Source of the DNA: a virus
Taxonomy: Duplodnaviria > Heunggongvirae > Uroviricota > Caudoviricetes
IMG/VR virus record: IMGVR_UViG_3300042401_001499
Length of the DNA: 64,000 nt
Strand: one strand, 5' to 3'
Numbering within the stretch: the stretch's first letter is position 1; each line of letters starts with the position of its first letter. Of this stretch, positions 46,608 to 57,820 are shown in pieces. Both the position numbers and the translations under genes were made by a program. The notes under the pieces are model-generated. The model saw nothing but the letters and a program-made list of their open reading frames with translations. It made no database searches and had not been told where the DNA came from.

Positions 46608-47758
46608 TGGCAGCAGGTAATTATTTCTTAGGAAGTAAGATAGGGGGCATAGTACAGTCTCAAAATGGAGGAGGATCTCAACAAGCTTCCCCTGTTTTCG
46701 GAAGAGTTATGAAGATTGCTCTAGATGAAAGTACAGAAATCCTAGATGCACAAGGAAATTCTTTACCTATCGGAACTATCCTGTACAGGGATATTACAGC
46801 TGAGAAAGAAACAACAGCAACTGAATATCCAGCACTACCCCTACAAAGTAACTTCAAGCAATTTCCATTACTAAACGAAGTAGTACTGTTAATACAAGGA
46901 CCTACCTCAGATATTCAAACAAACGTAAGTACAAAAGATGTATACTACTCAACAGTAGTAAATCTCTGGGGGAGTAGTCATCACAATGCCCTACCTGAAC
47001 CCAACACAGATATTAGTACAATTTTAGGTAAAGATGTAAAAGAGCTTTCTGACGTAAACCCTATGTACCCATACCCAGGAGACGTACTAATAGAAGGAAG
47101 ACAGGGTCAGTCTATAAGAATAGGAGGAAATATGTCTCCTAAAAATACATTAGTAGACTCTATTAATAATGCAAAGCCTTTTATTTTAATAAGTAACGGG
47201 CAAATTAAGACAGATAACGGGATAGATCATATTGTAGAAGATATAAACAAAGATCCTAACTCGTTATACTTTTTATCTGATCATAAATCTGATTTAGTAG
47301 CTGCTAATACAAAGAGAGATTCTTATGACCTAGTTCCTCTAAACTCAGATCAATATATAGGAAATCAAGTAATTATAAACGGAGGAAGACTTTTTTTTAA
47401 TGCAAAAGAAGATTCAATCTTACTATCTGCTAAAGAATCAGTAGGATTAAATGCAAGAACTTTAAATTTAGATGCAACAGAGTACTTCTGCGCCGATTCA
47501 AAAAAGATATACCTAGGTAAAGCAGCTAGAACCTCAGGAGGTAAAGAGCCGGTAATACTCGGAGCACAGTTAGAGAACTGGTTAACCACCTTATTAGATA
47601 CTTTGAATAACCTAGCAATCGCTATGACTACTGCAACATCGGTAATAGGCGGCCCAGTAGTACAGCTAAATGCTGCAGGTCCAGAACTACAAGCAGTTGT
47701 TAACTCTTTGAAGACTCAAATTAAGTTATTTCAATCTAAAAAGGTATTTACAGAATAA
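46607..47758 (+). CDS. Baseplate/tail structural protein (hub or spike candidate)
   Basis: 383 aa, ATGA-coupled in the baseplate gene string. Confidence 0.4.
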   Translation: MAAGNYFLGSKIGGIVQSQNGGGSQQASPVFGRVMKIALDESTEILDAQGNSLPIGTILYRDITAEKETTATEYPALPLQSNFKQFPLLNEVVLLIQGPTSDIQTNVSTKDVYYSTVVNLWGSSHHNALPEPNTDISTILGKDVKELSDVNPMYPYPGDVLIEGRQGQSIRIGGNMSPKNTLVDSINNAKPFILISNGQIKTDNGIDHIVEDINKDPNSLYFLSDHKSDLVAANTKRDSYDLVPLNSDQYIGNQVIINGGRLFFNAKEDSILLSAKESVGLNARTLNLDATEYFCADSKKIYLGKAARTSGGKEPVILGAQLENWLTTLLDTLNNLAIAMTTATSVIGGPVVQLNAAGPELQAVVNSLKTQIKLFQSKKVFTE

Positions 47759-48759
47759 TGGCAGAGCAGATACAAAATCAAGAAGATTCTATAGCAAAAG
47801 CTAGAGAAGCTCAAAAGAAATACGAAGAGGCTAAAAGTAAAGCAGAGGCATCTAGTAAAAAAGCAGCTGACGCTACCAAAAGAGCAAAAGAGCTTCAAAA
47901 GAGAATAAAAGAAACACAGGCTATAAGTAAGGTGGCTGGAAAAGTAACTGGAGGAATAGCAGCAGTAGTAGCTATACAAGTAGGTGGGTTACGTGGGAAG
48001 ATAGTAGCTCAAGTACAAGCTCAAGTACTTACATTATTGAATAAGTTCTCAAATAAATGCCCAGATCCAGCAGAACTACAGGAGATTATTAAAATAAGAA
48101 ACACCCTTATAAACCATTTATCTAGTTTTGAAAAAAGGGTATCTAAATTCTCTACAATAGCAACTCAGATATTAGCAATTGTCGCTATAGTTAAGATTGC
48201 TATTAAGATAATAACCTCCATCCCAATACCAACAGCAATTATACCCCCAATGTCAGGGGGAATAGGTATTCCAATTAGTATACTAACAAAGTATAGTAAA
48301 GCCTTAGTAGCACTAGATAAGACATTAGATAAGTTATTAGGAGAAGCAGCAGCTATAACAGTAACAATTGCATCTATAACTCCTATAATACAGAACTTAA
48401 AGAATAGATTAACCTCTATAGATCAAGCAATAGAGCAATGTAGCTTAGGTAACCCTGCTGATTTGAATGAAATAATAGCAACTGCACAACCACCAGAGAA
48501 TACAGGTTCAGAAGGAACTCCGACAGATACCCAGGGTAATATTGATCCAAATTATATTCATACAAGTGCTACAACAGGAAAGGTATACACATTAGCTATC
48601 AATCAAGATCCAGATTCTCCTAAAATAGCTCCAAAAAGATACGCAACTGCAATAGACAATAGGGGAATAGTAGTACTAAAAGGACCTTCCTCATTTAGTT
48701 CATCAACACAGGTACTATTGGATGAGGTAAAATTTAGAATAGATAATCAATTATTATAA
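47758..48759 (+). CDS. Coiled-coil plus multi-TM virion protein (tape-measure-like or ejection protein candidate)
   Basis: N-terminal Lys/Glu/Ala coiled coil, then several hydrophobic Gly/Ile/Ala helices. Confidence 0.4.
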   Translation: MAEQIQNQEDSIAKAREAQKKYEEAKSKAEASSKKAADATKRAKELQKRIKETQAISKVAGKVTGGIAAVVAIQVGGLRGKIVAQVQAQVLTLLNKFSNKCPDPAELQEIIKIRNTLINHLSSFEKRVSKFSTIATQILAIVAIVKIAIKIITSIPIPTAIIPPMSGGIGIPISILTKYSKALVALDKTLDKLLGEAAAITVTIASITPIIQNLKNRLTSIDQAIEQCSLGNPADLNEIIATAQPPENTGSEGTPTDTQGNIDPNYIHTSATTGKVYTLAINQDPDSPKIAPKRYATAIDNRGIVVLKGPSSFSSSTQVLLDEVKFRIDNQLL

Positions 48760-48776
48760 CATAACTATTTATTAAT

Positions 48777-49190
48777 ATGAAGTTAGACTTATTAAAAAAA
48801 TTAATCAAAGAAGCTGTAAGTGAAGCAGTTCGAGAGGAATTAGGTAAAATTCTTTCTGAAGATGTGAAACCTGTTCAAACACAAGTACAGCAAGTAACGA
48901 AGTATGCAGAACATAAACCAGTTATTGCAAAACCGGTTGCTACAGGTAATCCACTTATGGATTTAATGAACGAGACAAAGTATTCAATGACTCAAGGAGA
49001 GTATCAAAACCTAGTAAGTGCAACATCAGACATGGTATCAGCACCAGGAATGGGAATGCAAACAGGTTTAGAGCAGTTTAGACCAGGTGTAGAACCGGGA
49101 TTAGATATTTCTCAATTTGACTTCATGATGAGAGCAGGAGACGTATATAAAGCATCAGTACAGAAAGATAAAGAAAGATTCGGAGCATAA
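48777..49190 (+). CDS. Hypothetical structural protein
   Basis: ORF only. Confidence 0.4.
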   Translation: MKLDLLKKLIKEAVSEAVREELGKILSEDVKPVQTQVQQVTKYAEHKPVIAKPVATGNPLMDLMNETKYSMTQGEYQNLVSATSDMVSAPGMGMQTGLEQFRPGVEPGLDISQFDFMMRAGDVYKASVQKDKERFGA

Positions 49191-49600
49191 TGGCGTTTAA
49201 TGTACAAAAAATAAATCCACTAGATCTACAACCTAGGAAAGCAGTTGGAGTTAGCTTACCCTTCTCCTCTACCTCTGTGTTTAACTCTACATACTCCACT
49301 CAAGACGCTTTAAAATCTAATTTAGTTAATCACTTTCTTACAGAAAAAGGAGAGAGATTCCTAAACCCTAACCTAGGTGCAGGATTAAGGAGATTGTTAT
49401 TTGATCAGATAACAGTGGATAAACAGGATGAGATAGAGGGAGTAGTTAGGACAGAAATATCAACCTGGTTTCCAAATCTACAGGTGAACGATATAAAGGT
49501 AGCAACCTCACCAGATACAAATACAGTAACAGTCTATATAAAATATAGCGTCACTCAAACAAATATACAAGACGAATTGTTAATTAACTTCGAACAATAA
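49190..49600 (+). CDS. Baseplate wedge protein, gp25/GPW family
   Basis: TEKGERFLNPNLGAGLRRLLFDQ matches the gp25/GPW T.kGER..P.fG..l..llF core. 136 aa. Confidence 0.6.
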   Translation: MAFNVQKINPLDLQPRKAVGVSLPFSSTSVFNSTYSTQDALKSNLVNHFLTEKGERFLNPNLGAGLRRLLFDQITVDKQDEIEGVVRTEISTWFPNLQVNDIKVATSPDTNTVTVYIKYSVTQTNIQDELLINFEQ

Positions 49601-51420
49601 TGGCTCAGGATAGAGATATAAAATATGTAAATAAAGACTTTGGAGACTTTAGAAGTCAACTAACAGAGTACGCTAAAAACTACTTCCCAGACACTTACAA
49701 CGACTTCTCACCTTCATCACCAGGTATGATGTTTATTGAGATGGCTGCATATGTAGGAGATGTTTTATCATTCTACCAAGATACACAGCTACAAGAAACA
49801 TACCTCCAACATGCAAAAAATCCTGCTAACTTATACAATCTAGCATACATGATGGGATATAGACCTAAGATAACATCTCCCTCAGAAGTTGATTTAGAAA
49901 TTTCTCAAATAGTAGGAGCAGTAGGCGGGGAGCCTAACTGGGGTCAAGCACTATACATACCAGCCTATACAAGATTAAAGTCAACAGTAGCAGATCAAGT
50001 TAACTTTTTTATAGATAAGCATATAGACTTCACTTTCTCAAGCTCTTACGACAATACTGAAGTAACAGTAGAAACCCTATCAGGAGCTAACCCTAGTCAG
50101 TTCAGGTTAACAAAAACAGCAAAAGCAATATCAGGAGAAGTAAAGACTATAACAGAGACTATTACATCTGTAGAGAAGTTTAAGACACTTATAATAGATG
50201 ATGTAAATATTATCGGTATTCAATCAATAGTAGATAGTAATAGTAATATTTGGTATGAAGTTCCTTTCTTAGGACAAGATACTATCTTTGTAGATAATAC
50301 AAATAATACACCGGACAAGCAGGTTGTTCCTTACAGTTTGGCTCTTCAAAAAGTACCAAGAAGGTTTGTAACAAGATTTACAGCAACCGGACAATTACAA
50401 GTACAATTTGGAGCAGGAATTAATGGACAAGACGATTCAATAATAACACCTGACCCAACTAATGTAGGGTTCGGATCAAATCAAGGAATTTCAAGAATTG
50501 ATTATGCATTCGATCCTTCTAACTTTTTATCAACAAAGTCTTACGGACTCGCACCCTCAAATACAACACTTACAATAAAGTACCTAGTAGGAGGAGGAGT
50601 AGCAGCAAATGCCCCTGCAAATACGATTAACACGTTAGTAGGTTATAGCGGTACACCGACAGCAGTAGATACTTCACAATTATCAACAGTTACATTTAAC
50701 AATATACTCCCAGCAGCTGGAGGAAGAGATGGAGATACAGTTGATGAGTTAAGAGAAAATTCAATGAGAGCTTTTAACGAACAAGGAAGAGCGGTAACAC
50801 TACAAGATTACACTGTAAGAGCATTATCAATGGATTCTAAATACGGTTCTATTGCAAAAGTTTATGTTACACAAGATCAATTAACAAATCCAAATAGCTC
50901 TACAGATAGTATAGTAGATAGTAATCCACTATCATTATCGATATATACACTAGCTTACGATAACAATAAGAATCTAACACCTGCAACAACTACACTAAAG
51001 AATAACTTAAAGACATATCTTGCAGAGTATATGATGTTAACAGACGCTCTTAATATAAAAGATGCTTTTGTAGTAAATATTGGTATTAACTTTGACATAA
51101 TAGTAAAACCTAACTTCTCAGGAAGAGATGTATTACTTGCTTGTACAAACAGAATAAAAGATTATTTTAATATTACAAAATGGAATATTAACCAACCAAT
51201 TAACCTATCGAGTATATACACACTCTTAGATCAAGAAAAAGGGGTTCAAACAGTACAAAAAGTAGAAGCAATTAACAATGCAGGAGGAATATACTCTCAG
51301 TATGCATATGATATAGTAGGAGCAACAAGGAGTAATATAGTATACCCATCTTACGATCCATGCATATTTGAAGTAAAATACCCGGATACAGATATTAAAG
51401 GAAGAATAACAACACTATAA
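49600..51420 (+). CDS. Baseplate J / gp6-like wedge protein
   Basis: 606 aa directly after the gp25-like gene, with ATGG-overlap coupling. Confidence 0.45.
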   Translation: MAQDRDIKYVNKDFGDFRSQLTEYAKNYFPDTYNDFSPSSPGMMFIEMAAYVGDVLSFYQDTQLQETYLQHAKNPANLYNLAYMMGYRPKITSPSEVDLEISQIVGAVGGEPNWGQALYIPAYTRLKSTVADQVNFFIDKHIDFTFSSSYDNTEVTVETLSGANPSQFRLTKTAKAISGEVKTITETITSVEKFKTLIIDDVNIIGIQSIVDSNSNIWYEVPFLGQDTIFVDNTNNTPDKQVVPYSLALQKVPRRFVTRFTATGQLQVQFGAGINGQDDSIITPDPTNVGFGSNQGISRIDYAFDPSNFLSTKSYGLAPSNTTLTIKYLVGGGVAANAPANTINTLVGYSGTPTAVDTSQLSTVTFNNILPAAGGRDGDTVDELRENSMRAFNEQGRAVTLQDYTVRALSMDSKYGSIAKVYVTQDQLTNPNSSTDSIVDSNPLSLSIYTLAYDNNKNLTPATTTLKNNLKTYLAEYMMLTDALNIKDAFVVNIGINFDIIVKPNFSGRDVLLACTNRIKDYFNITKWNINQPINLSSIYTLLDQEKGVQTVQKVEAINNAGGIYSQYAYDIVGATRSNIVYPSYDPCIFEVKYPDTDIKGRITTL

Positions 51421-51421
51421 C

Positions 51422-52534
51422 ATGGCAGTATACAGAATATTTCCCGAAAAAGATACATTTATATCAACAGAAGTTCCTACAGGTAATGCTGGAAAGGATG
51501 AAATAATTGAAATAGGAGGGTATGTAGATATATCAGATACAGGAGAAACTAACCGTATATTAATACAGTATAGTACTTCCGAAATTCAAGATGTAATAGC
51601 TAATAAAATAGGAGCAGCAACTTATAGTGCTAGTTTAAACCTATACCTAGCAGATGCTTATGAAATACCAGTTAACTACAGTCTCTATGCCTATCCGGTA
51701 TACGGAGCATGGGATAACGGGGTAGGAAAGTTTGGAGATATTCCAACAAATACAACAGGAGTTTCCTGGCAGTATAAAAAAGCAGGAGGAACAGATGCAT
51801 GGACAGTAACAGGATTTGTAGCAAATACAACCGGTTCATACTTATCTGGATCAATAGCAGGAGGAGGAAACTGGTATACAACCGTAGGGGGTATTAGTCA
51901 GGAATTTACACAGTCACATGCTTTCAATTCTAGTAACGATGTTAACATAAATGTTACAAAAGCTATTCAACTCTTTAATATAGGTACAATTGATAATAAC
52001 GGGTTTATAATAAAACTGCCTAATAATTTAGAATATAATACTACATCCTCTATCCGACTTAAATACTATGGTGCAGATACAAATACTATCTACCCACCAT
52101 TCTTAGAGTTTAAATGGGATGACAGTGTATACAGTACAGGATCTTTATCAGTTCTTTCAAATAGTATTTCAATTGTTAACCTAACAAATAATAAAGGGAA
52201 GTATGCCGATGTAGGAAAGCAAAGATTTAGAGTATCTGCAAGACCTAAATACCCGGTTAGATCATTCACAACCTCTTCAGCATATTTAACAAACCACGCC
52301 CTACCCTCAGGTTCATACTGGGGATTAAGAGATGAGAACACAGAAGAGATGGTTGTTGATTTTGATACTAAGTTTACTAAGATAAGTTGTGATTCAAATG
52401 GATCATTCTTCGATGTGTATATGGATGGCTTGCAACCGGAGAGATATTATCGTATATTAGTAAAAACGACTTTAGATGGAAGCACTACAGTAGTAGATAA
52501 CCAAAATATATTTAAAGTAGTAAGAAATGGCTAA
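51422..52534 (+). CDS. Baseplate/tail-fiber structural protein
   Basis: 370 aa, Ser/Thr/Asn/Tyr-rich. Confidence 0.4.
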   Translation: MAVYRIFPEKDTFISTEVPTGNAGKDEIIEIGGYVDISDTGETNRILIQYSTSEIQDVIANKIGAATYSASLNLYLADAYEIPVNYSLYAYPVYGAWDNGVGKFGDIPTNTTGVSWQYKKAGGTDAWTVTGFVANTTGSYLSGSIAGGGNWYTTVGGISQEFTQSHAFNSSNDVNINVTKAIQLFNIGTIDNNGFIIKLPNNLEYNTTSSIRLKYYGADTNTIYPPFLEFKWDDSVYSTGSLSVLSNSISIVNLTNNKGKYADVGKQRFRVSARPKYPVRSFTTSSAYLTNHALPSGSYWGLRDENTEEMVVDFDTKFTKISCDSNGSFFDVYMDGLQPERYYRILVKTTLDGSTTVVDNQNIFKVVRNG

Positions 52535-52865
52535 TGATATTAACATACAGAAAACTGTATTTAGCTCCACAGAGTTTAATAAAGTTATTGATAATAATTT
52601 TAAAACCTTCACTCAACCAGTACCAGAGGAAGATACAGATACTCCGGAAGAGTTATTTAGGTTATACGAAAAGCTTTACTATGTTATAGATGTAACTGGA
52701 GATACAGATTCACATGAATACCTAGTAAAAAAGAGCTCTGAATTACTAACTTTTGATAGAGTAACAGAAGATATTCAACCTTTACTGGATGAAATAGCAC
52801 AATTAAGACAAGAAAACCTAGCACTAAGTCAGGAAGTACTTACATTAGAAACAAAGACAGCATAG
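52527..52865 (+). CDS. Small acidic protein with C-terminal coiled coil (fiber assembly/chaperone candidate)
   Basis: LLDEIAQLRQENLALSQEVLTLETK heptads. Sits upstream of the large fiber gene. Confidence 0.35.
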   Translation: MANDINIQKTVFSSTEFNKVIDNNFKTFTQPVPEEDTDTPEELFRLYEKLYYVIDVTGDTDSHEYLVKKSSELLTFDRVTEDIQPLLDEIAQLRQENLALSQEVLTLETKTA

Positions 52866-55800
52866 ATGGCAGATATAGTTTATACAGCTTACCAAGACTC
52901 ACCAGAAGCTATAACAGGCTTTGAACAATTCTCTCAGGAAGATCAAGCCCTAGTAAGCTCATTTGAGATCAACAGCGTATTTGACCCAGCCAAGCATTAC
53001 TCGGAAATACATATACTATCTCTAGCAGATGAATTACTAGAAAGTAGTTACAATTACACCTCGTATAAGTTACTAGGAAATGCCCAATCTGCCGGACAGT
53101 CAGGAGCATCGGTACTAACTCTAGACCCTATACAGGATAGTAAGGCTTATGGATACGAAAATGGAGGAGTAAAACTACTTTACCATTTTCTAGATGATCT
53201 GTACACCGAAGATAATAATACCCTAGAGTTCTTTATACAAGATATCTCAGCTGATAGAACAGAATTATCACTATCTACTTTAAATCTAATACCAGAGACT
53301 ATTACTGCAATAACCTCTAAAATTAAAACTAACCTACAAAGCCAATCTTACTTTACCGGGTTTAGGTTAAATTTTAAAGATAACGATTTATTCATTGCAA
53401 CAAACATAGATACTTTAGATACAAGCGCTGGAACGGTAGTTGTAGTTAAGTTATACGAACCGCTACCTACTCTTTATGATATAAAAAGTAAACTAAATAT
53501 AGTAGATGTAGTATCAAACTCAGTAGCTTATGAGGTAGATGCAGAAACAGTTATACCCCCTACAGTAGCTCCAACCTTAAGATCTCCTAATTTTAACATT
53601 GATATAACAGATCAAAGCATAATACCTACAGGGTATTATAATTACGACGAATTATTTAGCTACCCAGTTAATAACGCTAACAGCCAAATATTTTCAACCG
53701 TTAGTGAAAAGGGAATAGACATAAGTGTTGATTATACTACATTTAATGACTTTGTACATTTCTCATCAGCACAAGAACGACTTTTAAACTTTAAGTATAA
53801 AGTAGACTTATTAGAGACTTACTCTGGAAGCATAGCCTCAATTGCAAACGCAACCCTAGGCTCTACAGGGATATCTGGAAGTAGAACATACTACGAAGGA
53901 TTAATGGCAGGAGTTGTAGATAATTTTGATCATTACGAAAGATTCTTATACTACGAATCAGGAAGTAGTTCTTGGCCAAAGAGTAATACTACAAAACCAT
54001 ACGTAAACAAACTTAGCACAGATCCAGAATCGGTAACTTGGTATACAAGTCAAATTGCAACTGCAGTCGAGTATGATTTAGTAAATTATAACTCGCTGGT
54101 ATATAGTATTCCAACCTACCTAAGAGATGATGCAAACAATGAAAACTATTTGACATTTGTTTACATGGTAGGGCAGCACTTTGATAACTTGTGGTTATAC
54201 GCAAAAGCAGTAACAGATAAGTATGATGCTGATAATAGAATAGATTTTGGTATATCAAAAGACTTAGTTGCAGAGGCGTTAAGAAACTTTGGAGTAAAGT
54301 TATATACCTCTAATAAATCAGTAGAAGATCTTTTTAGTACATTTATAGGACAATCATACCAGTCAGGAAGCGAGGTAATTAACCACTACATAACAGGTTC
54401 TTTAACAGGATCAAATACCCCTATTCAACCTACCTCATATAATGATTACCAAAAAGAAGTACAAAAACGTGTTTACCACAACTTACCTTTACTTTTAAAA
54501 TCTAAAGGAACTGAAAGAGGATTAAGAGCATTAATAAACTGTTACGGCATACCAGGAGATATTTTAGACATAAAACTATCAGGCGGTAGAGATACGAATA
54601 ATCTTCCATTTTTTGGGGACTACAGAGCATCTACTTCATCTATAGATAAAGTACGTTTAGATAATACCGGTAGCATAGTAACGGGAAGTACCTTATCAAA
54701 CTTTACTTCTATAGTAAAGCGAGATTCAAAATACACAGACGATTTACACCTTATCGAGGTAGGGTTCTCCCCTACAGATAATGTTGATGAATATATCTTA
54801 TCAAACTCAATATCCACCTTTACCATTGACAGGTATTTAGGGGATCCAAGCAACCTAACATCTGACAACTATTCAGGACTAGGAGCATTAGCAGAAGGAA
54901 TCTTAGGTAACCTACAGCAGTATAACCTGCAAGATTATGTAAGATTAATCAAATTTTTTGATAATACAATCTTTAAAACAATTAAAGATTTTATACCAGC
55001 TAAAGCAACTGCCGACACAGGTATAGTTATTAAACCAAACTTACTTAATAGGTCTAAAGCAAAATCAGTAACTGTTACCGGAACACAACCAGAGTATACA
55101 GGATCAATCGATACTGCTTTTATAACAGGATCAGATGGTGGAGCATTTACAACCTCTACAAGACACTCAGATCCTTCTTGGACAGAGGTATTACAAACCC
55201 CTCAAGGTTTAGCAAATAGCTACATTAATCAAGGTACAGATCAACCACTCTATACAGGAGAGTTAGGAGGAACAGAAATAAGAGTATCAAATGGAGAATT
55301 AAACGAAGCAAATCCGCACAAATACATAGATACATATAGTACAATACCTAAGAATGTAATATTAATAAAGGACTTCCCAGCAGATATCTGTGCAATAGAA
55401 TCAGCATATCCTTCAGTGAATATTTCACTCCCTCAAAACGTAGATGTAAGAACTGCATTTAATATACCGGGAGACAACTACGTCACATATTACTCAGGAT
55501 CAACAGATATAACAACTACCGCTAGTGCTTTCCCAATGACTACTAACTACACCACTTTCGCTATTACTGCATCAAAGACAGGTATAGCAGGGTGTACAGG
55601 GTCAAAAGTATATACAACAAGTTTTTGTTCAATATCATTAACATCATCAGGATCAACAACACTTGTACAGCAAAACACTTCATACGATCTTACAACATGG
55701 TTTACATCTTCATACAATACAAACTTAACATACACCCTGTATACTAACAATGGAACCGTTTCTTCTAATATTAGCAATTCAGGAAGTTATATATTTACAG

Positions 55801-56504
55801 TTGATACTGGAAGTTACATTTATGTAGAAGTAAGTGATCCAATTACCATAGATTCATGTACTCAAAAAACAAGGGACATACTGGTACAACCACAGGTAAC
55901 AGTAACAATGGATACATCAGGAAGTAATTATTTATACGATGGGCTGCCATTAGGACCAAGTACAAGTACACTACTTAATAGATTCTACCCAGATACACCA
56001 GGTGCAAGAACGTATTACTATTACGGAAGTCCATTTACAGGCTCAACATATACAACACAATCAAACCAGCCAACAGCTAGTGGAAATTACGAAGTATACG
56101 TAAGAGTTCCATCAGATATATACTACCCAGAAATAACATCTTCACGTTTACCATTTACTATCTATAAAAACATATTAACAATAGAAGCAAACGATAGATT
56201 AATACCTACAGAAGGAACAGCTTCAGAATACGTTACAAGTTCTACAAACAATACTTATACAGTATTTAATCTACAGAATAACGAAACAACAAGTAGTGTA
56301 ATTTCAGGAACAGTAACGTATACATCAAACTATACAGAATCAACACCAGGAGGAACAACAGGTATTTATATCCGTCCAATAGTAACAGAACTATCAGCAA
56401 TTAACTACACATTTATAAGTAGTGACGGAGTGGTAACAATAGGAGGTACAACGTACAATCCTTCCGACTACTCAGCAGATGATTACATAACAGGTTCAGT
56501 ATAA
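52866..56504 (+). CDS. Large tail fiber / structural protein (1212 aa)
   Basis: Extremely Ser/Thr/Tyr/Asn-rich, consistent with a beta-structure-rich fiber-like composition. Confidence 0.5.
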   Translation: MADIVYTAYQDSPEAITGFEQFSQEDQALVSSFEINSVFDPAKHYSEIHILSLADELLESSYNYTSYKLLGNAQSAGQSGASVLTLDPIQDSKAYGYENGGVKLLYHFLDDLYTEDNNTLEFFIQDISADRTELSLSTLNLIPETITAITSKIKTNLQSQSYFTGFRLNFKDNDLFIATNIDTLDTSAGTVVVVKLYEPLPTLYDIKSKLNIVDVVSNSVAYEVDAETVIPPTVAPTLRSPNFNIDITDQSIIPTGYYNYDELFSYPVNNANSQIFSTVSEKGIDISVDYTTFNDFVHFSSAQERLLNFKYKVDLLETYSGSIASIANATLGSTGISGSRTYYEGLMAGVVDNFDHYERFLYYESGSSSWPKSNTTKPYVNKLSTDPESVTWYTSQIATAVEYDLVNYNSLVYSIPTYLRDDANNENYLTFVYMVGQHFDNLWLYAKAVTDKYDADNRIDFGISKDLVAEALRNFGVKLYTSNKSVEDLFSTFIGQSYQSGSEVINHYITGSLTGSNTPIQPTSYNDYQKEVQKRVYHNLPLLLKSKGTERGLRALINCYGIPGDILDIKLSGGRDTNNLPFFGDYRASTSSIDKVRLDNTGSIVTGSTLSNFTSIVKRDSKYTDDLHLIEVGFSPTDNVDEYILSNSISTFTIDRYLGDPSNLTSDNYSGLGALAEGILGNLQQYNLQDYVRLIKFFDNTIFKTIKDFIPAKATADTGIVIKPNLLNRSKAKSVTVTGTQPEYTGSIDTAFITGSDGGAFTTSTRHSDPSWTEVLQTPQGLANSYINQGTDQPLYTGELGGTEIRVSNGELNEANPHKYIDTYSTIPKNVILIKDFPADICAIESAYPSVNISLPQNVDVRTAFNIPGDNYVTYYSGSTDITTTASAFPMTTNYTTFAITASKTGIAGCTGSKVYTTSFCSISLTSSGSTTLVQQNTSYDLTTWFTSSYNTNLTYTLYTNNGTVSSNISNSGSYIFTVDTGSYIYVEVSDPITIDSCTQKTRDILVQPQVTVTMDTSGSNYLYDGLPLGPSTSTLLNRFYPDTPGARTYYYYGSPFTGSTYTTQSNQPTASGNYEVYVRVPSDIYYPEITSSRLPFTIYKNILTIEANDRLIPTEGTASEYVTSSTNNTYTVFNLQNNETTSSVISGTVTYTSNYTESTPGGTTGIYIRPIVTELSAINYTFISSDGVVTIGGTTYNPSDYSADDYITGSV

Positions 56505-56522
56505 CAGAATAAATTAAAAATT

Positions 56523-56921
56523 ATGGCAACACCAAAAACAAAGACAGAACTAACCGCACTAATTAACAGTTATATAGCGGATACAGCTCCAAATATAAAA
56601 AAAGAAGAACATAAAGAGATTGAATTAGCAATACTTGATCGTGTAGATGCTAGAGTGCTTACTACAGGTACGTTTACCCATGGAAATATCACCAATTTTG
56701 AATCTAAAACTATTACCTTCACAAAAACAATATACACAACAAATTACTTAGTAAACATAACACCATTCGATCCACCACCCTATACCCTTTACTCCTATAG
56801 AACCTCTTGGGCAATAACAAACAAAACAACAACAGGATTCACAGCACAGTTAAAGAGAAACGGCTCACAAGGTTCAGGAAGGTTTTTTTATGTAGTTATT
56901 AATTTAAGTAATACAATATAA
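56523..56921 (+). CDS. Small structural protein, paralog A (132 aa)
   Basis: N-terminus MATPKTKTELTALINSYIAD ... EHKEIELAILDRVDA is shared with the next two ORFs. Confidence 0.45.
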   Translation: MATPKTKTELTALINSYIADTAPNIKKEEHKEIELAILDRVDARVLTTGTFTHGNITNFESKTITFTKTIYTTNYLVNITPFDPPPYTLYSYRTSWAITNKTTTGFTAQLKRNGSQGSGRFFYVVINLSNTI

Positions 56922-56961
56922 AGCAGGTAATTATATTAATATCTTTCAAATAAAGTAAATA

Positions 56962-57372
56962 ATGGCAAAGACAAGGGCAAAAATGAACGAGTTGATAATT
57001 GCAAACCTAAGTTCATCACCTGCAGATAAGATAACTGCACTAGAGCATAATGAGGTTGCAAGAGAATCTGTAGAGTATATTACAGGACAGGTTGTAGCAG
57101 GAGGTAGTGTACCTATAGGAAATATACTCGGAGGAGATAATAACTTTGGACCAATATCACTAGGGGTAACCCTACCAGACACAAACTACGGAATAGTAGG
57201 GCACTTGACATCCCTAATTGCAGGAGGAGGAAATCAGTGGGATTATGATAATGATGGAGTTTGGCAGTTGGCTGCAAAGACAACAACATCTTTTACAATA
57301 AGACTAGGAGAATGGGCAGGACATGGTCAAAATTTAAACTTTGACTGGTTAGCAATAATAGATCAAGTATAG
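56962..57372 (+). CDS. Small structural protein, paralog B (136 aa)
   Basis: MAKTRAKMNELIIANL ... EHNEVARESVEY. Confidence 0.45.
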   Translation: MAKTRAKMNELIIANLSSSPADKITALEHNEVARESVEYITGQVVAGGSVPIGNILGGDNNFGPISLGVTLPDTNYGIVGHLTSLIAGGGNQWDYDNDGVWQLAAKTTTSFTIRLGEWAGHGQNLNFDWLAIIDQV

Positions 57373-57412
57373 TAGTATACACTGTAGTAATTAACATAAG
57401 TACGTATATAAA

Positions 57413-57808
57413 ATGGCAACACAAAAGGCAACAACACTAGCTCTAATTAATACAAATATAGTAAATAAACCAGCTAAAATATCTCCTGCAGATCATAGAG
57501 AGGTATCACAGGCAATGGTAGGATGTATAGATAATAGGTTCCTAATAGCAGGAACCCAAGCATTAGTGAGAATAGACACACCCGATCAAAAATTTACAAT
57601 AGTATTCAATGCAATAGACACAATAAATTATACTGTAGTATATTCAATTAGCTCAGCAACAGTTTTTGCAAACAACGCTGCAAATTTTATTACAATAAAA
57701 GACAAAGGAACAACTCAATTTGATGTTTTAATGAGATCTGTTAATCAAACTCCAACAGCAAACATAACTTTTGAGTATGCATTATTTAGAACATCTGAAC
57801 CTTCGTAA
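57413..57808 (+). CDS. Small structural protein, paralog C (131 aa)
   Basis: MATQKATTLALINTNIVN ... DHREVSQAMVG. Confidence 0.45.
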   Translation: MATQKATTLALINTNIVNKPAKISPADHREVSQAMVGCIDNRFLIAGTQALVRIDTPDQKFTIVFNAIDTINYTVVYSISSATVFANNAANFITIKDKGTTQFDVLMRSVNQTPTANITFEYALFRTSEPS

Positions 57809-57820
57809 AAATAACAACTA

